Below, piece by piece: positions 26,150 through 42,399 of a stretch of DNA of 64,000 nucleotides (the stretch's first letter is position 1; each line of letters opens with the position of its first letter). The notes under the pieces are model-generated. The model ran no database searches and was not told the origin of the DNA. It was given only the letters and a program-made list of their open reading frames with translations. This DNA comes from Eledone cirrhosa. Its lineage: Eukaryota. Location of the stretch: positions 230,144,001-230,208,000 of the forward strand of contig OZ024740.1 of the NCBI GenBank assembly GCA_964016885.1, given 5' to 3'. The translations under genes were made by a program, and so were the position numbers.

Positions 26150-26540
26150 TATTTTTAGTTTTATTTAGTTAGTTGTTTATTTTATTTTTAGTTTTATTTA
26201 GTTAGTTGTTTATTTTATTTTTAGTTTTATTTAGTTAGTTATTTATTTTATTTTTAGTTTTATTTAGTTAGTTATTTATTTTATTTTTAGTTTTATTTAG
26301 TTAGTTATTTATTTTATTTTTAGTTTTATTTAGTTAGTTGTTTATTTTATTTTTAGTTTTATTTAGTTAGTTATTTATTTTATTTTTAGTTTTATTTAGT
26401 TAGTTATTTATTTTATTTTTAGTTTTATTTAGTTAGTTAGTTATTTTATTTTTAGTTTTATTTAGTTATTTATTTATTTTATTTTTAGTTTTATTTAGTT
26501 AGTTATTTTAGTTTAAGTTTTATTTAGTTAGTTTTATATT
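26150..26540. repeat. ~33-bp AT-rich minisatellite
   Basis: Unit agttttatttagttagttatttattttattttt, about 11 copies. Confidence 0.85.
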
Positions 26541-26877
26541 TATTTCGTTGACTTGTTACTGTTCCTGATTTATATTCCTTGCTGTTTTTTTACTTTACTT
26601 GTTTTTTTTTTACCTTGCAGTTTGATTTTGTTTTTGTTGTTTTTGTTGTTGTTTTTCCCCGTAAGTGTGTGTATGTTTGTGTATGTGTGTATTTCTGTGT
26701 ATGACTGTGTGTGGTTCTCTCTATAGCTTGTGTCTATCTAACTATTTATTTCTCTTTCGTTTTTGTTCTCTCTCGCTCTATCCAACTTTCTATCTATTTC
26801 TCTTTCTTTTTTGCTCTCTCTGTCTCTCCCTCTCTTTCTCTCTGTATGACTATATATATGACTGTATGTTTCTCCGT

Positions 26878-29027
<2,150 letters not shown>

Positions 29028-29494
29028 AGCGTGTATGTGCATTTGTGTAGGTGTATGTATCTGTATGTATCTGTATGTGTCTGTATGTGTCTGTGTTTTT
29101 TGCGTTTCCCTCATTTTTTCCCTCATCTCCAGATATTTTTTCCTTCTTCACACATACACACACACATAATAGAGATTTCCCGCCAAAGAAGAGCCATTTT
29201 GAATGAGAGGTTCTCTAGCATTTTCTATCTTTTCATTTTCTTAAATTGTTGTTTTCTCTTCATAAAGGGGCTCGTTTCACTCGAATAACAACATCTAATG
29301 TTCTCGCCAAATCCCTTAAAATTCCCAGACAAAAATAAATAAATAAATCAATAAATAAATAGAACGAAATTTTATTTTATTATTTTTTTAAATATGGTTT
29401 TTTTATTTTTTTGTTTTTTTTTATTTTCCTTTCTTGGATTTCAGTTAAAGAGAGGTAGATGTGTTGGGTTCGGTTGATGATGGAACAATTTGTC

Positions 29495-31539
29495 GTGGTG
29501 ATGGTGGTGGTTAGGATGGAAGTAGTGCTGTTATGGTGGTGATGGTGGTGGTGGTGGTGATGATGGTGGTAGGGGGGGGATATTATGGTGTTGATGGTGG
29601 TGGTGGTGGTGATGATGGTGGTGGGGGTATGGACGTAGTGATGTTATGGTGTTGGTGGTGGTGGTGGTGGTGATGATGGTTGGGGGGGGGGGTGAAAGTA
29701 GTGATGTTATGGCGGAGATTGTGGTGGTGGTGGTGGTGGTGGTGGTGGTGGTGGTGGTGATTGTGGTGGTGGTGGTGGTGGTGGTGGTGGTAGTGGTAGT
29801 GGTGATGATGATGTTGGTGGGGTGTGGGTGGAAGTAGTGATGTTATGGTGGAGATTGTGGTGGTGGTGGTGGTGGTAGTAGTGATGATGATGGTGGTGGG
29901 GTGAGGGTGGAAGTAGTGATGTTATGGTGGAGATTGTGGTGGTGGGGATAGTGGTTGTGGTGGTGGTGGTGGTGGTAGGGAGTAGTGATGTTATGGTGGC
30001 GGTGGAGATTGCGGTGATGGGGATAGTGGTGGTGGGGATAGCGGTGGAGGTGGTGGTGGTGGTGGTGGTGGTAGTAGGAAGAGTGGTGATATTATGATGG
30101 TAGTTGTGCTAGTAAGAATAATGGTGGTGATGATGTTGTTGGTGGGGATAGTAGTGGTGGTGTGGTGGTGGTGGTGGTTGTGGTGGTGGCAGTGGTGGTG
30201 GTAGTGGTAGTGGTAGTGATAGTGGTGGTTGTAGTGGTTGTGGTTGTGGTGGTGGCAGTGGTGGTCGTAGTGGTAGTGATAGTGGTGGTTGTAGTGGTAG
30301 TGGTATTGGTAGTGATAGTGGTGGTTATAGTGGTGGTTGTAGTGGTAGTGATAGTGGTGGTTGTAGTGGTAGTGGTAGTGGTAGTGGTAGTGATAATGGT
30401 GGTGGTAGTGGTAGTGGTAGTGATAGTGGTGGTTGTAGTGGTTGTGGTGGTAGTGGGGGTGCGGTAGGTAGTAGTAGTGGTGGTGTTACTGGTAGTGGTG
30501 GTGGTAGTGGTGGTGGTAGTGGTAGTCGTTGTGGTAGTGGTAGTGGTAGTGGTGGTGGTAGTGATAGTCGTGGTAGTGGTGGTGGTTGTAGTGGTAGTGG
30601 TAGTGGAGGTGCGGTAGATAGTAGTAGTGATGGTGTTAGTGGTAGTGGTGGTGGCAGTGGTAGTGGTAGTCGTTGTGGTGGTGGTAGTAGTAGTGGTAGT
30701 GGTAGTTGTGGTGGTAGTGACAGTGGCGGTAGTGGTAGTGCTGGTGGCAGTGGTAGTGGTAGTCGTTGTCGTGGTGGTAGTAGTAGTGGTAGTGGTAGTC
30801 GTGATGGTAGTGATAGTGTTGGTAGTGGTAGCGGTGGTGGCAGTGGTAGTGGTGGTGGAAGTTAGGGTTGTAGTGGTGGTGGTGGTGGTAATTAGGGTTG
30901 TAGTGGTGGTGGTAGTTGTATGTAGGGTTGTAGTGGTAGTGGTGGTAGTAGTTAGGGTTGTAGTGGTAGTGGTAGTTGTAGTTAGGGTTGTAGTGGTAGT
31001 GGTGGTGGTGGTAGTTAGGATTGTACTGGTAGTGGTAGTTGTATGTAAGGTTGTAGTGGTAGTGGTGGTGGTAGTTAGGGTTGTAGTGGTAGTGGTAGTA
31101 GTAGTTAGGGTTGTAGTTGTAGTGGTGGTGGTAGTTAGGGTTGTAGTGGTAGTGGTAGTTGTATGTAGGGTTGTAGTGGTAGTGGTGGTGGTAGTTAGGG
31201 TTGTAGTGGTAGTTGTGGTGGTAGTTAGGGTTGTAGTGGTAGTTGTGGTGGTAGTTAGGTTGTAGTGGTAGTGGTGGTGGTAGTTAGGTTGTAGTGGTAG
31301 TGGTGGTGGTAGTTAGGGTTGTAGTGGTAGTGGTGGTGGTAGTTAGGTTGTAGTGGTAGTGGTGGCTCAGTAGGTAGTGGTAGTGGTAGTGGTGGTGGTG
31401 GTAATGTTAAATACGTAATAACACAGCTGAACAGCAGTTAGTGTTGTAGTAAACAGCTTTGATGAAGTTATCTACGTTAAACACTTATCTGTTAATATTG
31501 TTGTTGTTGTTGTTGTTGTCTGTTGTTGTTGTTATTGTC

Positions 31540-31581
<42 letters not shown>

Positions 31582-32095
31582 CTGTTCGTGGTATTGTTGT
31601 TGTTGTTGTTATTGCCTGATGGTGGTATTGTTGTTGTTGTTGTTGCTGTTGTTGTTATTGTCTGATGGTGATATTGTTGTTGTTGTTGTTGTTGTTGTTG
31701 TCTGATGGTGGTATTGTTGTTGTTGTTGATGTTGTTGTTGTTATTGTCTGACGGTGGTATTGTTGTTGTTGTTGTTTGATGGTGGTATTGTTGTTGTTGT
31801 TGTTGTTGCTGTTGTTGTTGTTTGATGGTGGTATGTTGTTGTTGTTGTTGTTGCTGTTGTTGTTGTTGTCTGATGGTGGTATTGTTGTTGTTGTTGTTGT
31901 ATGATGGTGGTATTGTTGTTGTTGCTGTTGTTGTTGTTGTCTGATGGTGGTATTGTTGTTGTTGTTGCTGTTGTTGTTGTTGTCTGATGGTGGTATTGTT
32001 GTTGTTGTTGTTGCTGTTGTTGTTATTGTCTGATGATGGTATTGTTGTTGTTGTTGTCGTCGACGTTGTTGCTGTTGGTGGTGGTGGTCATGCTG
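29495..32095. repeat. Compound (GGT)n/(GTA)n/(GTT)n low-complexity block, including a ~30-bp TTAGGG-containing minisatellite at 30860-31365
   Basis: Direct inspection. Confidence 0.9.
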
Positions 32096-32131
32096 CTGTT
32101 GTTTATTTCTTGTAATTGTATCGGATGATGA

Positions 32132-32499
32132 AATTGTTTCTACTTTTGGCACAAGGCCAGCAATTACCCAGTGTATTACTGGTACTTTATTTTATCGACC
32201 CCGTAAGGATGAAAGGCAAAGTTAACCACGGCGGGATTTGAACTCAGAATGGCAAGGACCGTAACAAAGCATGCCGTCCGACTCCTCTCTACCGATATTG
32301 CCAATCCACCGATTGTTGATGATAATTGTTTCTACTTTAGGCACAAGGCCAGCAATTACCAGTGCATTACTGGTACTTTATTTAATCGACCCCGTAAGGA
32401 TGAAAGGCAAAGTCAACCTCGGCGGGATTTGAACTCAGATCGTAAAGGGACGTAACTATGCTGGAAATCATGGCGCCCGACCCTCTACCGATACCGCCA
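32132..32499 (-). mobile_element. Two tandem tRNA-derived SINE copies (32132-32310, 32322-32499)
   Basis: Minus strand A-box-like tggcaatatcgg, B-box gagttcaaatcc, core gcctttcatccttacggggtcgat (resembles the Meta/MESC SINE domain, from recall). Confidence 0.85.
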
Positions 32500-32994
32500 T
32501 GATAATGGCGTAGATTAAGTGTTGATGAGGATAAAGAGAGAGAGGGGGAGAAAGAAAGAGAGAGTGGGGGAGAAAGAAAGAGAGAGTGGGGGAGAAAGAA
32601 AGAGAGAGAGGGGGCAGGAAAGAATAGGGTTTGGTTTCTCAATGTTTAATAACGATGTGATGATTTGTGGTGGTGAAAGTGGTGGGAGAGGATAAAAAAT
32701 GGCGGATTAATATTGTGATGACTTTAATAAGGATGATTATGAAAGTGGTGAGTACCTTGAAAATGAAATAAGCTCTCGGGGAGTGGAATCTGCGCCACAG
32801 TTTCAATCCCTGCTTGAATCCATTGCATTGCACTTTACGTCTGTAAAACCCTTGGGAAATGTTACAAAACCTCTCAACTTTGGTTTAATCCTCCCAACAA
32901 TATTGACATTTTCTCCCTCGTGGAAAAGAAAGAACATTAATGCATATATAAATAAATAGATTTAAACAAAACATCACAATGAAGTACAAAGAAT

Positions 32995-33001
32995 AGTAGT
33001 A

Positions 33002-33066
<65 letters not shown>

Positions 33067-33118
33067 GGTGGTGGTGGTGGTGGTGGTGGTGGTGGTGGTG
33101 GTGGTGGTGGTGGTGGTG

Positions 33119-33159
<41 letters not shown>

Positions 33160-33184
33160 GGTGGTGGTGGTGGTGGTGGTGGTG

Positions 33185-33240
<56 letters not shown>

Positions 33241-33349
33241 TGTGGTGGTGGTGGTGGTGGTGGTGGTGGTGGTAGTAGTAGTAGTAGTGGTAGTGGTAGC
33301 AGTAGTAGTAGTAGTAGTAGTAGCAGTAGTAGTGGTGGTAGTAGTAGTG

Positions 33350-33415
<66 letters not shown>

Positions 33416-33416
33416 T
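32995..33416. repeat. (GTA)n/(GGT)n microsatellite
   Basis: Direct inspection. Confidence 0.95.
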
Positions 33417-33699
33417 AGGAGGGGGGGATGAAGATAATGAAAATGAAGCGGATGAAGACGGGGATGGTGATGGGGGAGATGATTGCGTTGAATGATTAGG
33501 GTTGTTGTTGTTATTGTTGTTATTGTTGTGTTATTGTTGTTGTTGTTGTTGTTGTTGTTATTATTGGTGGCTGATTTTTGAAGTTGTTGTTGCTGTTGTT
33601 ACTGCCGTTATTGTTCTCGTAGTTATTGCTGTTGTTGTTGTTGTTACTGGTGTTGCTATTGCTATTTTTAGCCGTTAATTGTTGTTGTTGTTGTTGTTG

Positions 33700-34049
33700 T
33701 TTACTGTCAGGAGAGACCTGATCCAGTAGAACTGTGATCAAATGTGTTCCAAACGTGACCATCCCAACTGGATTGATCTTCGAATAACTGGCTTGCTGTT
33801 GTGAAATTATTATGATGACAGCGTTAATGTAGTTATTATAGCTGTTATTGTTGTTGCTGTTGTTATTATTGTTGCTGTTGTTGCTGTTGTTGTTGCTGTT
33901 ATTATTGTTGTTGTTGTTGTTTACCGCCAGGAGAGGCCTGATCCAATAGAACTATGATCAAAGCCGTTCCGTCCGAACATGACCACCATAACTGGCTTGA
34001 TGGTTGTTGAATGATAATGACGCCAGTGTTAATGTAGTTGTTGTTGTTG

Positions 34050-34081
<32 letters not shown>

Positions 34082-34325
34082 GGTGGTGGTGGTGGTGGTG
34101 GTGGTGGTGGTGGTGGTGGTGGTGGTGGTGGTGGTGGTAGTGGGGGTGGTTAGCACAAGGAGAGTCCTGATCCAATAGAACTATGACCAAAGGCGTTCTG
34201 AACATGACCATCATAACTGACATGCTGTTGACGAATGATTATTTAGTTGTTGTTGTTGTTGTTGTTGTTTAGCCCCAGAGTCCTGATCCAGTAGAACCAT
34301 GATCAAAGACGTTACGACCATAATC
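33700..34325. repeat. Four diverged ~70-90-bp repeat units separated by (GTT)n/(GGT)n
   Basis: Shared ggagag.cctgatcca.tagaact.tgatcaaa...tgaccat at ~33705, 33925, 34155, 34272. Confidence 0.75.
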
Positions 34326-34606
34326 CTCCCAATTGGTTTGGTGCTGTAATATTTCGAGTTTCTAAAGATAAAATGCGCCAAAATGAAATTTTTTACAGAT
34401 TTAGAAGTCACGACAATGCGTTTGATTTTTTTTTTTTTTATTGATTTTTTCAAAGCTACAATTGTGAAAAACATTTAAATAATTTACAAAGCATGGGGAA
34501 ATTTGAAATTTTGAAAATATAGTCACCGCAATACAGATAACTATAATAATTGTTTATACTTTTGGCACAAGGCCAGCAATTATACCAGTGCATAACTGGT
34601 ACTTAT

Positions 34607-34798
34607 AATAATTGTTTCTACTTTTGGCACAATGCCAGCAATTATCCAAGTGTATTACTGCTACTTTATTTTATCGACCCCGTAAGGATGAAAGGCAAAG
34701 TTAACCTCGGCAGGATTTGAACTCAGACCGTAAAGGGCCGTAACTCTAGGCTGCAAAGCATGGTGTCCGACCCTCTACTGATACTGCCAAACCACCGC
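34607..34798 (-). mobile_element. tRNA-derived SINE (preceded by a partial duplicate 34545-34605)
   Basis: Same family as 32132-32499. Confidence 0.85.
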
Positions 34799-35149
34799 TT
34801 ATAATAATAATTGATACTTATAATAATATTTGATAACTATAGATAATAGTTGAATAAATCGGGTAAAAAACAGTAAAAAGTGGTCAAAGATTCTCCCGAG
34901 TTATTAATCTATTATTTATAATGATCAACTATTGTTATAATTATTTGCAGTATGGCGACTATATTTTCAAGTGGTTTTCTAACACTGCTTTCTATGTTCA
35001 AAATTCCAAATATAGTGGTGTCCACATTATCGATCGATCGATCGATCGAATCAATCGACAAGATCCCAGATCTTATTCGCATCAAATCGAACCAAGGACA
35101 CAATGTTTCCATTTGTCTTTCAATTGCTGGTACTAACTACCAGTCCTAA

Positions 35150-35268
35150 ATCCTGGCTGAAAGAGCAACGTGAAATAAAGTGTCGTGTTCAAGGACATAA
35201 CGCATCGCCCGGTTTGGGAATCGAATTTGCAACCTCATAATTGCGAATCCAATTCTCTAACCCCTAAG
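35150..35268 (-). mobile_element. Relic of a second tRNA-derived SINE family
   Basis: Minus strand ttcgattccc B-box followed by tgtccttgaacacgacacttt. Confidence 0.5.
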
Positions 35269-35464
35269 TACACATTATATCACCATTATATCACCATTAT
35301 ATCACCATTATATCACCATTATATCACCACAATATCACCATTATATCACCACAATATCACTATTATATCACTGAACCAAATGCATAGTTTTTTATTTGGT
35401 TTTTCTAGTTGTTATATTTTATCAATTGTTGTTATTGTTTATATCTTCTTTGGTATCATTATTG

Positions 35465-35821
35465 CTGCTTTCCAGCATAGTTACGTCCCTTTACAGTCTG
35501 AGTTCAAATCCCGCCGAGGTTAACTTTGCCTTTCATCCTTACGGGGTCGATAACATAAAGTACCAGTAATGTACTGGGTTATTGCTGGCCTTGTGCCTAA
35601 AGTAGAAACAATTATTGCTGCTAATGTAAGGGTGGTGGATTGGCAGTATCGGTAGAGAGTCGGACACCATGCTTTGCAGCATAGAGTTACGGCCCTTTAT
35701 AATCTGAGTTCAAATCCCGCCGAGGTTAATTTTGCCTTTCATCCTTACGGGGTCGATAAAATAAAGTACCAGTAATGTACTGGGTTATTGCTGGCCTTGT
35801 GCCTATATAAGAAACCATTAT
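35465..35821 (+). mobile_element. Two tandem tRNA-derived SINE copies (35465-35615 partial, 35630-35821)
   Basis: A/B boxes and core as above. Confidence 0.85.
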
Positions 35822-35983
35822 TGCTGCTAATGTAGCGATAGTAATGACGATGACGACGATGATGATGATGATGATGATGATGAGGAGGAGGAGGAGGAGG
35901 AGGAGGAGGAGAAGAAGAAGGAGGAGAAGGAGGAGAATGAGGGGAAGGAGGAGAAGGAGGAGGGGGGGACGATTACGATAATG

Positions 35984-36023
<40 letters not shown>

Positions 36024-36506
36024 CGACGACGACGACGACGATGGCGACGGCGGAGATGACAACGGAGATGAACGAACGAAAGTGACGAGGATTAGTTTAA
36101 GGTTGACTGGTAAGATGTCAACTGATCGTGAGTGATGAAAATATAAGCCTCTTCTGTATTAAACCGTCTCGTCCCTACTCCTCATCCTTATCCCTTCTTA
36201 AACCATCAATATATTTCATTGTCACTTCACATCGTTAATTCCTCCTTTCTTCCTCTATTCCTCTCCCCCAATCCTTGTCCTTGACTTTCCTCTTGTTTAG
36301 TGGCCATTACTACAATGTAGTCGCCGAAATTACAACTACATCAGTTGTAATGGCGATATTCTTTGTTACCTGGAATTGGTATTATTATTTTTTTTTAAAG
36401 GTCAACAACTCCACCACACTATTTAAAATAATTCTTTCTTGCGGGTTGAATACACGCACACAGACACAGATGCACACACAGAAATGCACACACAGACGGC
36501 AGAGAG

Positions 36507-36576
<70 letters not shown>

Positions 36577-36577
<1 letters not shown>

Positions 36578-36673
36578 GGGTGTCCCCCCCAAAATGTATA
36601 CACACTTCAACAGCATTCTAATAAATATTGCTTGTACAGGTAATCAAAGTGTGTATACATTTTTGGGACACCC

Positions 36674-36709
<36 letters not shown>

Positions 36710-36768
36710 AGAGACGCACACAGACACAGATGCACACACAGAAATGCACACACAGACGGCAGAGAGAA

Positions 36769-36801
<33 letters not shown>

Positions 36802-36902
36802 GGGTGTCTCCCCCAAAATGTATACACACTTCAACAGCATTCTAATAAATATTGCTTGTACAGGTAATCAAAGTGTGTATACATTTTTTGGGGACACCCT
36901 GT
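36577..36902. mobile_element. Two ~98-bp Tc1/mariner MITEs (36577-36675, 36801-36902) inside a local tandem duplication
   Basis: TIRs agggtgtccc..aaaatgtatacacact / agtgtgtatacattttt..gggacaccctg, TA-flanked. Confidence 0.8.
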
Positions 36903-36906
36903 ATAT

Positions 36907-36976
<70 letters not shown>

Positions 36977-37126
36977 TTCTTCTAGCAATGAACCGACCTG
37001 CCATCGGGCCTACTCTTTACTCTTCACAACACTTCTACTTTGACCGCTAGCCACGTGATGTTTTTCACCCCTTTTGAATTCGTTACTGGCGGCGATCACT
37101 TTAGAAACTTTAGTCCTAACTGAGGG

Positions 37127-37214
37127 AGTCTCTTGAAAGGCTCGAAGACTCATGGATAATACTATGATTAGACATATCCACAAAGTACGAGCGAAACTAT
37201 CGATAGTCGGGACT
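37127..37214 (+). ncRNA. Hammerhead with degenerate 5' core
   Basis: agtctc TTGAAAG gctcg...cgagc GAAAC TATCGATA GTC gggact; three stems intact, CUGANGA mutated. Confidence 0.5.
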
Positions 37215-37385
37215 AGAAGAACTTTGGTAAAGTTTATCTGTATTCTTCTTTTCTTCAAACTTACATTTTAGACTTAGCTCCGTTCAATTGATTATTTGTC
37301 TAGTTAATTTCTACGGACTAAGAGGAAAGACTAGGTAAATTTTATCGGACTGTTCCTCACATATATATATGCATATATATATATA

Positions 37386-37704
<319 letters not shown>

Positions 37705-38069
37705 GTATATATATAGATCCCTTCTTCCTCCCGTTAGACATGTACGGAATTCCTTCCTTGCTCACATTCCAACCAGGTTTGATGGTCTTTATTCTCTCTC
37801 GTTCACGATTTCACCGAATTTAAATTCATAGAAATTTGGGACTTGACTCCTTCTTCCTCACTTTTCGTTGCTTCACCATTTTTGTTTGTTTACACTCGTG
37901 CCCCCTTTATTTACGTGTCCCAACGACTTTTTTTACCCGTTGCTCGCACAAACCGGAGGTATATGGTCTTTAAAGCGATGAAATACCAATGATGGTTGGA
38001 AGATCACTGATGAAGGACTAACTTTATTCATATCTAACCCATTAGCAACCCCGCAGCACGTTTATTCTC

Positions 38070-38132
<63 letters not shown>

Positions 38133-38135
38133 ATA

Positions 38136-38184
<49 letters not shown>

Positions 38185-38230
38185 AGTGACGAAACATAAG
38201 TCAATTGCATGAACTCATAATCCTTTATTT

Positions 38231-38286
38231 ACTGGTATATATATTTCGATGATAGCCATTGAATGGCTATGACCTCATCAGGCAGT
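38231..38286 (-). ncRNA. Minimal type I hammerhead
   Basis: Minus strand: actgc CTGATGA ggtcatagccattcaatggctatcatc GAAA TATATA TA ccagt, then AATAAA; one stem I mismatch. Confidence 0.7.
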
Positions 38287-38375
38287 TAGTCAGTTCTTAG
38301 CCAGCTCTGTGTTTATAGTGTTGATGGTATCAGCATATATATATCTCTCTCTATATATATATACATACATATACG

Positions 38376-38475
<100 letters not shown>

Positions 38476-38486
38476 TATATACATAT

Positions 38487-38557
<71 letters not shown>

Positions 38558-38570
38558 TATACACTATATA

Positions 38571-38629
<59 letters not shown>

Positions 38630-38634
<5 letters not shown>

Positions 38635-39555
38635 AAAGAACACAAGAGCGTCTAGAACATAAAAAGATTTTTATTGGCTTACAATGTTTCTTCCTTACGT
38701 AACCATAGGATTCGTCAGAGCTATAAAAGGGGTTTGATTGGTGTTATGGACTCTACCAACCAAACATTCAAGAACAAAGAGTAAAGAGGGTAAAGAGCAA
38801 AAGTAGGGGACGATAAGTCTAATTTTAGTGCGGGAGGGTGGGGTGTGGGTCCTTGTTTACTAGCTGCGGTCATATTCATTCCCGGGAGTCGGGTGGTTAG
38901 CTGAACCATAGATGGGGTGGCGTCGATAGTATGGTGCAGAGGGTGCGCAGAGGCTACACAAATACAAAGGGCATACAATATATATATATATATAGCGGAG
39001 GAGAAAGTACATGAGGTAATTAGAAATTGAAAAAGAGTAATAATAATAATCTATAATTAATAGTGTATAATAAGGCATGGGGAAGATTACACTATAATAA
39101 GGTATAAAAGTAAGAATAAGGTAAAATATAAAGGAGGATAAAAGTGGAAATAATAAAGATAAAAAATATATATGTAAAAAAATATATAGAGAATATATAA
39201 AGAAATATAAGCGAATATTTGGAGGGGAAAACACAATGTAAAAAACCGATTTTTTTCAAATAAAAATAAAAATCTAATTATGGGGGGAGAAAACGGGATA
39301 GAGAAATATGATCAAATGTGATTAGTTGAGAGAATATAAGATGATAATAGTTATGTCAAGTTTATACATCTTAATAATAAATAATCTGTGTATCAGAGTT
39401 ACAGAACCTTCAATTCACTTACAGGTTCAATCCACGTGGCATAGTCCATTGTTTATCTGTGCGGTCATGCATACGGCTCTGCTCCAAAGCAAATATTATG
39501 CTGCCAATACCTTAATGGGACAAGGGTATACAATACCTAACTCCTATTAACCTAA
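38630..39555 (-). mobile_element. 3' fragment of a PLE (end of ORF + UTR with hammerhead) in (TA)n
   Basis: Minus strand ends ...WTMPRGLNL* (PxGLN is typical of PLE GIY-YIG C-termini) upstream of the hammerhead. Confidence 0.5.
38677..38721 (-). ncRNA. Minimal type I hammerhead in a putative PLE 3' pseudo-LTR
   Basis: Minus strand: gct CTGACGA atcct...aggaa GAAAC ATT GTA agc, then caataaa. Confidence 0.7.
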
Positions 39556-39579
39556 GTATATATATATATATATATATAC

Positions 39580-39684
<105 letters not shown>

Positions 39685-39733
39685 TATACAGTATATATAT
39701 ATGTATATATATATATATATATATACATATATG

Positions 39734-40477
39734 AGGTTGTGACTGTGTCGATGAGTGTGGAGCTGAGAATTAATGAGACTAAAACAAAATATCTGGTAGA
39801 GAATGTTGAGAAGCCAGAGGGGATCACTAATGTTGGCGGGAAGCCGCTAGAATGGGTTGAGGACTTCCTGTATTTGGGAGCAAAGATTGGGAATACGGAA
39901 GATGATGTGGTTGAGAGGAAGAACAAAGCCTGGGCGGCGTGCCACAGCTTGAGATCGGTGTGGAAGTCGGACCTTCATTTTACGAAGGTCCGACTTCCAC
40001 ACCGAAAATCAAAGGTCCGACTTCCACACCTGAAAATCCGCCTCTTCATTGCCGTAGTGGAGTCTGTGCTGCTGTACGGGTCTGAGACTTGGACATTGAC
40101 CAAGAAACTCACTCAGATGGTGGATGGGTGCTACACGAGAATGCTGAGGATGGCTCTGAACATTAATCAGTATACACTGAGGATGAAAAACTCAGAGCTG
40201 TACGGGAGCCTCCCAAAAGTCAGCTCAAAAGTGACACAGAGGAGACTGAGGTTAGCTGGACATGCTCCCCGACATCCAGAGTTGGCATTGCACTCACTGC
40301 TCCTGTGGGAGCCCCTACATGGACACACTGGAAGAGGAAGACCAAGGTTAACGTATGTTGATGCCCTAAGGACAGACACTGGTCTGTTGGAAACGTAGGA
40401 CATGGCAGCGATAATGAGTGACAAAGACCGCTGGAGAGAACTCGTCCATGGATCTCAGAATTTTACCCGCCCTAGAG
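39734..40477 (+). mobile_element. 5'-truncated RTE-clade LINE (RT C-terminal region)
   Basis: ORF 39739..40398: [41 protein letters not shown]; flanked by (TA)n. Confidence 0.85.
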
Positions 40478-40779
40478 ATATATATATAAAGGACGTGCTT
40501 CTATACACTCTCTGCTATCACAAGGCATTTGAGTAAAACGTTGGCCGAGCTACCACGTAATGGAACTTAAGGTGAAACCATGCAGCCATTCCATGCCTCT
40601 AGGTCTGTAATATCCGGGCATCGACAGCTTCTTTAATTCGACCGGCTCAACCCATACTGACTGAACGCCAATGCAATTACAAAGTAAATGTCTACATATA
40701 TATCTAGACATCGTTTAATTTCTCTATATGATGCTATGGTCAGCTGTCTGTCTATTATTCTTTCATCTTTTTGCTTCTT

Positions 40780-40847
<68 letters not shown>

Positions 40848-41032
40848 TCTCTCACCTTTTCGTTCTCTCTCTCTCTCTCCCCCACACCCACACATTTGAG
40901 TTCCCTCTGTCAAACAGGCATTTTCTCACTTGATCCCCTGACTTTTATTTAGTCTTGCCTCTCTCTATGTTATGTCTCTCCCTACCCCAGTATCTCACTT
41001 GATCTTCCTCTCTGTCTCTCGCATTCTCACTA

Positions 41033-41210
<178 letters not shown>

Positions 41211-41334
41211 ATACATATATATATATAGTATAGTATAGTATAGTATAGTATAGTCCTTCATTTGATCTTCCTTCCTTCCTCTCACTTTTTTGTTCTCCTC
41301 CATTCTCTGTTGCACACATAAATACTCTCTGAAT

Positions 41335-41885
41335 TGAGTTATCCCCCTTCTTTGCTACCCCTCCTCATCGTATTAGTATGGACTCGATCTTTGTGTCTTT
41401 CTTATGAAATATTGTCTGTAACTCACCCGTAAGCCAACCGATATCTCAGCTTCCTCACTTTAATTATCTCCCTTGCTTCCTCGCTCTCCTTTTTATTGCT
41501 ATGATTTCTATCTCTGTGTCTTCCAATGAAATATTGTCTATATCTCACCTGTACGCCACCTGATCAATATACTCATACCCCGATATCTCATCTTCCTCAC
41601 TTAAATTATCTCCCTTGCCACCTCGTTCTAATCTGTACTGCTATGACTTCCCCCTTTGTGTCTTTCTCATGAAATACTGGTTGTATCTCAACCGTAAGCC
41701 CCCACCCCATAACTATACCTTTCGCCCCATATCCTCATCTGCCTCACTTGGGTTATCTCCCTTTCTCCCTCCCTCTCCTTTGTATTGATATAACTTCCTT
41801 TGTGTGTTTCTCATGAAATATTGGCTGTATCTCACCCGTAAGACCCCCCTATAACTATACCTTCCACCCGATATCTCGACCTCAA
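41335..41885. repeat. Four diverged ~120-150-bp tandem units
   Basis: Recurrent tgtgtctttc..atgaaatatt...tatctcacccgtaag at ~41390, 41515, 41655, 41800. Confidence 0.7.
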
Positions 41886-42216
41886 AAGAAAAAAAACCTT
41901 GATACCCCTTTATTTCTCTTTGTACTCGCTCGCCTGGAATTTGTTTTGACTTTTTTGCTTGTTTTGAAATATTTTCTTTATATTTTTTTTATTATATAAC
42001 ATTTCCTTCGCTTCATCAATTCCTTTTCTTCCTTTTTCATCATCATTATCACCATCGTCATTACCATCGTCATCATCGTCGTTATCATTATCATCATTAT
42101 CATCACCATCAATATTATCATCAACATTATCATAACATCGACATCGCCACTATCACCATCATCATTATCATCATCATCATCGTCGTCGTCATTGTCATAA
42201 TCATAATCATTATTAT

Positions 42217-42399
42217 GGTGGATTGGCAGTATCGGTAGAGGGTCGGACGCCATGCTTTCCAGCATAGTTACGTCCCTTTACAGTCTGAGTTCAAATCCCG
42301 CCGAGGTTGACTTTGCCTTTCATCCTTACGGGGTCGATAAAATAAAGTACCAGTAATGTACTGGGTAATTGCTGGCCTTGTGCCTAAAGTAGAAACAAT
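42217..42399 (+). mobile_element. tRNA-derived SINE, full length
   Basis: ggtggattggcagtatcgg...gagttcaaatccc...aagtagaaacaat. Confidence 0.88.

Noticed and set aside
26620-26660. 41-nt plus-strand exon between ttgcag and gtaagt
   Set aside because: Low-complexity T-rich content and no supporting partner exon; cannot be distinguished from chance
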